A DNA stretch of 57,439 bases, the filler included, from Sphacelaria rigidula (Eukaryota), in NCBI GenBank assembly GCA_964200075.2. It is 8 parts of 8 records of this genome, joined end to end, with 100 filler letters (N's around TTAATTAATTAA, not from the genome) between each part and the next. Parts side by side here need not be neighbours in the genome. Positions count along the whole stretch, not along the records: positions 50,348 to 57,439 come from CAXNAA020016526.1; 7 more parts are not named here. The stretch is one strand, 5' to 3'. A program made the translations under genes and the position numbers. Below, piece by piece: positions 51,556-57,439 of the stretch (position 1 is the stretch's first letter; each line of letters begins with the position of its first letter). Below the pieces are notes generated by a model. The model did not search any database. It had not been told where the DNA came from and worked only from the letters and a program-made list of their open reading frames with translations.

Positions 51556-51732
51556 AATGATCCAGAGGCTACTCAAAAGTTTCAGGAGGTCGGGGAGGCG
51601 TACATGTGCCTGACCCAAGAAGATTATGACTCTGACGACGACGTTGATTATGAAGATGGAGATTCGGACGATTACCGACGCGGTCACCGAGCCGGCGGTC
51701 GAGGAGGGTTCGGTCGAAGCGGGATGTCGGCG
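51556..51732 (+). CDS. J-domain (DnaJ/Hsp40-like) protein, exon encoding helix III and an acidic/RG linker
   Basis: ttttgcacag acceptor, GTACGT donor; encodes NDPEATQKFQEVGEAYMCLT (KFxExxEAYxxL). The HPD exon was not found in the contig. Confidence 0.85.
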
Positions 51733-51788
51733 GTACGTACGTACGCGAGAGTATCTTCCCTTTTGCTCTCTACATAATTTTGCGTCGT

Positions 51789-52300
51789 GAGTTATGCTAC
51801 GATAGGGGGTGTCTGATTCTACGAAGAAAAAGAGCTCGTAGGTGTGTGACATGACCTAGCACCTCTTGCGGTGCGCTTGTATTTGGAGGGATGCTACGGT
51901 AGGGGTGCACAAATATTTTCTGAGGTTACAATTGTCAGGGGCCCTTTATCTCATGCCAAACACGACTTATGAAATATGTGAGTACACCAGGATTACTACC
52001 CCAATGTGCTGGGGATGTCCCGAATAAATTTTGCAAACATGGGTGCCCTGACCCAGTTTTTTGTGCGCATCTAAACTCTTTAGGAGCCCCTGAAGCAGAC
52101 AAGATTTCGTGCATAAAGTGCACCCCTACTGTAGCATTGCTCTTTGGGTAAAAGTGATGTCAAGCAGAATGAATGAGCATGATTGATCGGGCAAAAACAC
52201 GTTTGAACATTTGTTGCTGCGTTCAACGACGATTGGAGGTGAAATTTCGTGGACGAAATGGCCCAGAATACCCCTACTTCCCCCTATCGTAGCATGACTC
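51789..52300. mobile_element. Outer GAG...CTC MITE hosting the nested element
   Basis: GAGTTATGCTACGATAGGGGG ... CCCCCTATCGTAGCATGACTC; flanks tcgt/ttga do not form a clean TSD. Confidence 0.75.
51886..52142. mobile_element. 257-bp GAG...CTC MITE with 4-bp TSD TTTG, nested in a related MITE
   Basis: tttg|GAGGGATGCTACGGTAGGGGTGCAC ... GTGCACCCCTACTGTAGCATTGCTC|tttg. Confidence 0.85.
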
Positions 52301-53168
52301 TTGATTCGATTGCTCCATGGTTAGTCAAGCCTAGGGTCGTACTTCAATGCAGGGCTGAGCACTGGCGCAGCCAGCCAGTATACCATGTACTGGCTTCTGA
52401 TGCAGTCAGCATACTGGGTCCTGTCAGTGCCTTGGGTTCGCGGCGAAGCCCTACCGGAGACGCCCTGCTGGAGGCGCATGTCGACGCTATTTGGCTTCAC
52501 TGGATATATGTGATTGATATCCGCACGTTTCCATTAACTGATCCCTCAAGGGACCCAGGTGTGGTCATTATTCACACGATGTAGACAAAAATAACTGTGA
52601 TTCGGCTTCACTTGCGGCGCAATCAGATGAGTTTCCGTTCAATAATGAGGCGTTGGAGTGGGACGTACGTCAACAGGACGGTATTGGCAGTTCTGGCTGC
52701 CTCTATGCCAGTACCAGTATTACTTCCAGGTTGCACTTGTCCAGTACCTGGACCTACCGGAGTAAGCTTCCATTTTCTATTGTGAGGTCGTGATTACAGG
52801 TGACCAGGCGGGGGAACAAGGCAATGAGCCTGGCTGTTGTGATCTAGCTGACCGTTCCACCTCGACGAACGATTTCAGATCAGTCCTGCATGTGAACATG
52901 TGGACAAATAAAGGAAAGTATGAACGTTTGGCAGAAGCTGGGTTGTCGTTTCTTTTCCTGACGAAACATCGTTGTCAAAAGCTGACAAGCTCAAAAGTTG
53001 ACGGAGTGGGTGCTGTTGGTTCCTTTTCCGAGGAGCGTGGCGAAGTTGTAGCTATGTCTGAAGCATGGATACTTCGATGTGGAGTTGAATCGTACGGATC
53101 AGTGACAGGTCATGGGTATTACAGCATGACACATCACATGCGGGAAAATGGGCTAAATAGACAATAGA

Positions 53169-53391
53169 CTCCATACTGTATGCAGTAAACGTTTTGACGA
53201 TGTAATCTGCTGTCATCATCCAGGGTGTGGGGAATTAATGTATATATTGATGCTCGTACGCCATCGCGTGTCCTTTCGTAATGACGATGGATTCCCTACT
53301 GTATGCAATACAGTTTTTGACGATGTAATTCGCTGTCCAGGGTGTGATGCACTCATGTATATGATGCTCGTAAGCCATTCCATATCCTTTC
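53169..53391 (+). repeat. Diverged tandem duplication of ~100-110 bp in an intron
   Basis: tactgtatgca..ttttgacgatgtaat..ccagggtgtg..atgtatat..gatgctcgta..tcctttc occurs twice. Confidence 0.75.
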
Positions 53392-53442
53392 TCTTGGGCG
53401 AGAAAATAAACGAACGCATGTCCACTAACACTTGACTCACAG

Positions 53443-53703
53443 GAAGACTTTATGGATCTTTTCTCGGAGATGTTTTTCTACGCTGAGATGGGCGGTGCGC
53501 GCTTTGGCAGGGGGATGCCAGGCTTCGGGTTCTCCATGGGTGGAGGAGGGGGGGGGAGGCGGAGCCCAGGCCCCGGATTCATGTTCATGGGTGGGCCGTC
53601 TGGTGCGCGAGGGCCATTCAGTAGTGAGAGCAGAAGTAGTCGGAGGGCTTATGATGAAGAGGACAGCTCAGATGAAGATTATGATGAAGATGACGAAGAA
53701 TAT
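53443..53703 (+). CDS. J-domain protein, next exon (G/F-rich region and acidic tract)
   Basis: CTAAC branch point at 53425, cacag acceptor, GTGAGT donor, phase-0 join; encodes EDFMDLFSEMFF..GMPGFGFSMGGGG..FMFMGG. Confidence 0.82.
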
Positions 53704-54995
53704 GTGAGTGTTGGTTTTGTTAACTGTTATTTCAATATCATGATCACCGGTCGTCCTTCAATATCGTTTGTTGCTCTTATAGTAGTAAAATCAATGATCA
53801 ATCAGTTTTGTGGTTGTTGTTGTTGTTGTCTTCACATTAAAAACCGTTCCGATATCTGCGCGGTACATTCGTACTAGCCACCTAATGCGGAGGCCTTCCG
53901 TGGTCCCAGGCTAGCCACCTATAACAAGGTATGAGGATATCAAAAAAAAAAAAAACAGAACAAGATTAAGAACCCAGAAAACTCGATACAAGCAAAACAG
54001 GGATGAATAATAAAGAAGAAATATAATACATAGGGCTAACTTCAGAAGATCCGGTTCCGCAGGTGGTCATTCGGACTTCAGGAAGTGGCACCCGGTTTTC
54101 CAACTTGACGCGTAAGGCCAAGTTGAAATGAACATAGGGTCCGACTACGGGCGAGACTCAAGGCCCCAAATACCACCAACCAAAGAACTAAGAATCGCAA
54201 GGTCCCATCTTCCGACCTTTCGAGGGACAGCCATACGTACAAGCATACCAGGTGTATCAAGACAAGCACTGCATGACATGATGACATCCCTCATCGGGGG
54301 TCAAATTTAAATTACATTTTTGGCAGTTTTTTTCTAACCATTTTTTTCTATCATATTTATGATTTTTTGTTGATTATTACTATTGTAGGTACCTCTCCAT
54401 TGTTTTCGAAGTTTACCTCATATTTTTACTCATCTTTCGCTCTACTATTATAGTCGTACTACCGTAGTCGTTGCAGTTTTGCTTCCGCGAGTGCTGCCGA
54501 CCCCATTATTATGACGGGTCATTGTGTTTTGGTAGTGTTTCGTTCCACTTTCCGTCCGTCTACTAGGATCCAATCGTCCCCAAACTGACGTCGCGGTCGG
54601 AGCAAGAAGTATGCGGTGTGCTGACATGTTGATGTTATTATGGGTACTGAGGCCCGTAGATACCATGGGTCACGGGCAATATTCGTTTTATTGCTACAAA
54701 AGGATATAATTACACGGGCGCTTCATCGTGTGCGATGCGTTGGGCGATAATATTTCACAAATCTTCAATGTGCTATAGGTGATGGAAAATACTTTTTTTT
54801 TTTCTTGTTCGCGCACTACCCCATGTGGGCGAATGGTCGGAAACAAATAGTCGGCCCCCCAAATGGCCGTTCGTCGCCTCTGTTTTGGCGGGGCGAAAGC
54901 GTGAAAAAGTGACCGATTCTGGTTGTTGACCGTCCGCCGTGCCACGGCGTTTGTTGGAGTATGACGCGACTGCCGCCCACTCCGACGTTTGTTTA

Positions 54996-55321
54996 CAGTA
55001 GAGTTAACCGGCTTTGGGCTACAAATGTTCATGGTTGGTATTTTGCTTGATTTGAGTGTGTACCACAAGAATCGGATCTTTGGTGGGGCTGACAGTCACG
55101 TGTGCTCCTCGCATGCGCAAGAAGCGTTTTCGTTTAAATCGGCGCCACAGGCGCCGATTTGGGGTCTACCAAGGTCCCACTTTGCCGAGGGAAAGCTATG
55201 TAACGCCCTCGCCCGAGGGTTCTCGGTATGCGTTGGGTTAGGGTCAGGGATAGGGGTAGCGAAACGTGTAAAATTGTGTCAACCATGGACATTTGTAGCC
55301 CAACGTCGGTTGACTAGCCTC
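54996..55321. mobile_element. Second copy of the 40857-41148 MITE-like element
   Basis: Same inverted repeats and body in the opposite orientation. Confidence 0.75.
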
Positions 55322-57439
55322 TTTGTATGAGAGGTCGAGCTCCCCGGGGTCATCTATCTGAGCTTTGCAGTTTTTCCGTAGCGTTGTCGGGTATTCGGGA
55401 CTCATGCAGCAGCACTCGATGAGCGGAGCTAGAAAGGTAGTTAGCCCCCTTGAGTTGCCTGGCGGAATGACTAGCGCTGTCCGCACCGCCATGGCGTAAC
55501 GGCGACCCGAAGATACCTCGGCGCCCCGTCTATGACGTTGGGGGGGATGCAGGGGAGAGTTCATTCATGGTTGGTAGGTAGGTAGGGGGCGATGAAACGT
55601 CGGATTTGTTTTTTCAAGTGGATTTTTGGCAGGAAAAAAAACGGACATTTATCCGAAAAATCCCCCAAGTATGGGCAATTTCGCCCAAAAAATCTCCATG
55701 CGTATGACTCCGTTTGTTAGTTTATATTTTTCCTATGATAATCTCCATAATATTATATTTTCCGATTGAACCTCACTACAGCACGGTAGGCACCTCCGTT
55801 GGGGAGATGATCTGCACCTCATGATCGACTTTACCACCGGGACAGAGGAAACTTTGACACTATCTGACAGTGCCTTTATTGAATATGGCTACAATGATTT
55901 CTTCGCCGTGTTGACCAAAAATGGATCACGACTGCTCTTTGATCCGTGGTCGTATGACTGTTGGCCGATGACAAGGTTGTCAGGTGATGCGGCCTCAGGC
56001 GCCAGATGGCAATCAGTAGTCGGCATTTGGATCTATTGCTTTGATTGATTGTCGCACATTAACTGACTACCAAGGGACCCAGCCGTGGTCATTATCCACA
56101 TGATAGTCACATGATAGACGTACCCAAGACAAAACAAAACTGAAGCACTCGCTCAAGAACAAGAAACGGAAAAAGGCGAACAGAACGACATAGTAGACCA
56201 AGACGTAACAAGAAAAAAATGAAAAAAAAATCAAGAAAAGCAAAGCATAAGGAGAAATGGCCAGTCTAAATGAAAAGAAACGAAAAAAGAAGGGCATTCG
56301 AACGAAAACTTTTGGATAAGAGGCATGTTTTTTCTTCCTTTTTTTAACCACTGTTACTTACCTGGTTCGCATGGTCGACATTTCGTCACGAAGTTTGGAG
56401 GTCGAGATACATTGTCCTTTCTTACCTGGCCCAAGGGATGGCGTATCTCTCAGTCCATCGCCCCCCTCTCTCCCCTTTTTCTCCTTCCATACTGTAAGAA
56501 CTTTATATGATGAGACAGTGGCCGAAGTTCACCATATCACCCTTTTGGAACCCAGTGACAATTTTTGTTTATGTGAGTCGGCATCATTTTTCAGTCATTT
56601 TCGAGTAAAAAGTCACGAATGGGTTCCCAAAGGGTTATCGATTGATGATTGATTGTCGCACTTTAACTGACCCCCCCAGGGGTCCAGCCGTGGTATCTTG
56701 ATAGACGTACCCAACAAAAACAAAACTGACACACTCGCTGAAGAAAAAAAAGAACAGAAAGAGCAGTCTGAAGGTTCAGGAAGGCAGCTGCATCACCCCC
56801 TGGAGTGTGCACTCGTTACAACAGTAACAGTGATATTCTCCATGCTTTTAATTCATGGAGATCAATGATGCTTCCTCTGTGATGTTTTATAAGGATAAAC
56901 AATCCTTGCTACGTGATGAATCCTTGTTGCGTGATGTAGTCCGTGTTTTTGTACGGAGTATGAATACCTGTGCTGCTATCGTGCTCGAAACGCTGGGTTG
57001 CCTCCGTTGTGACCGGCTCTATATATGGACAGATGGCGCGAAGGGCTCAGGTTGAGGCGGATCGCCAGGCCCGCCGACAGGAAAAGCTCAAGAAGGATGC
57101 CGAGCGGGCTCGAAAGAAGAAGTGAGTGTGTCGGTAGAGGGGGATGGGGGGGGGTGGGGGTGAGGGCGGCGTACTCGATTGTTGCTGTCCTCAGTCGTTT
57201 GACCATTGACCACGCATCCCTTCCGAAATGGAGCACCGTTCCTACTCCTAAGAGAGACACCTCCAAAATTTGAGCGCTCATTACGCTTCCTTCGTATACT
57301 ACACAGAAACGTTTTACGTAACTTATCCGCGTCCTGTTTCGCCGTCTGTGGCCATCCATCTCCTGGTATAGCCATCGTTTTCTCGTCGGTAGGGGGGGGG
57401 GGGGCGTACGCATTTGTTGTTTGCCTTGGTCGGGTGACC

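Noticed and set aside
55790..57055. Short ORFs as further J-protein exons
   Set aside because: No convincing in-phase splice sites or homology

Overview
This is not one locus. It consists of eight unrelated contigs of 7092-7093 bp joined by identical 100-bp spacers (44 N + TTAATTAATTAA + 44 N), so nothing can be inferred across the spacers. The DNA is eukaryotic, intron-rich and repeat-dense; a brown alga or related stramenopile is my inference from gene style only. Host gene fragments: a CTFxP-repeat protein (3 exons, minus strand), a class I SAM methyltransferase exon, two head-to-head first exons, the last two exons of IGP synthase HisHF, and two exons of a J-domain protein. Mobile DNA: a multi-intron Sola-like (DUF7869-type) DDD transposase pseudogene that the ORF track misses, a decayed hAT transposase, a decayed chromodomain-bearing Ty3/Gypsy element and a tRNA-derived SINE. 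There are also several MITEs with 4-bp TSDs that share a CTACGRTAG terminal core, and a TIR-less repeat family bracketed by oligo-C tracts. The best leads for something undescribed are the spliced Sola-like transposase with its possible MITE partners, and the oligo-C-bracketed family.
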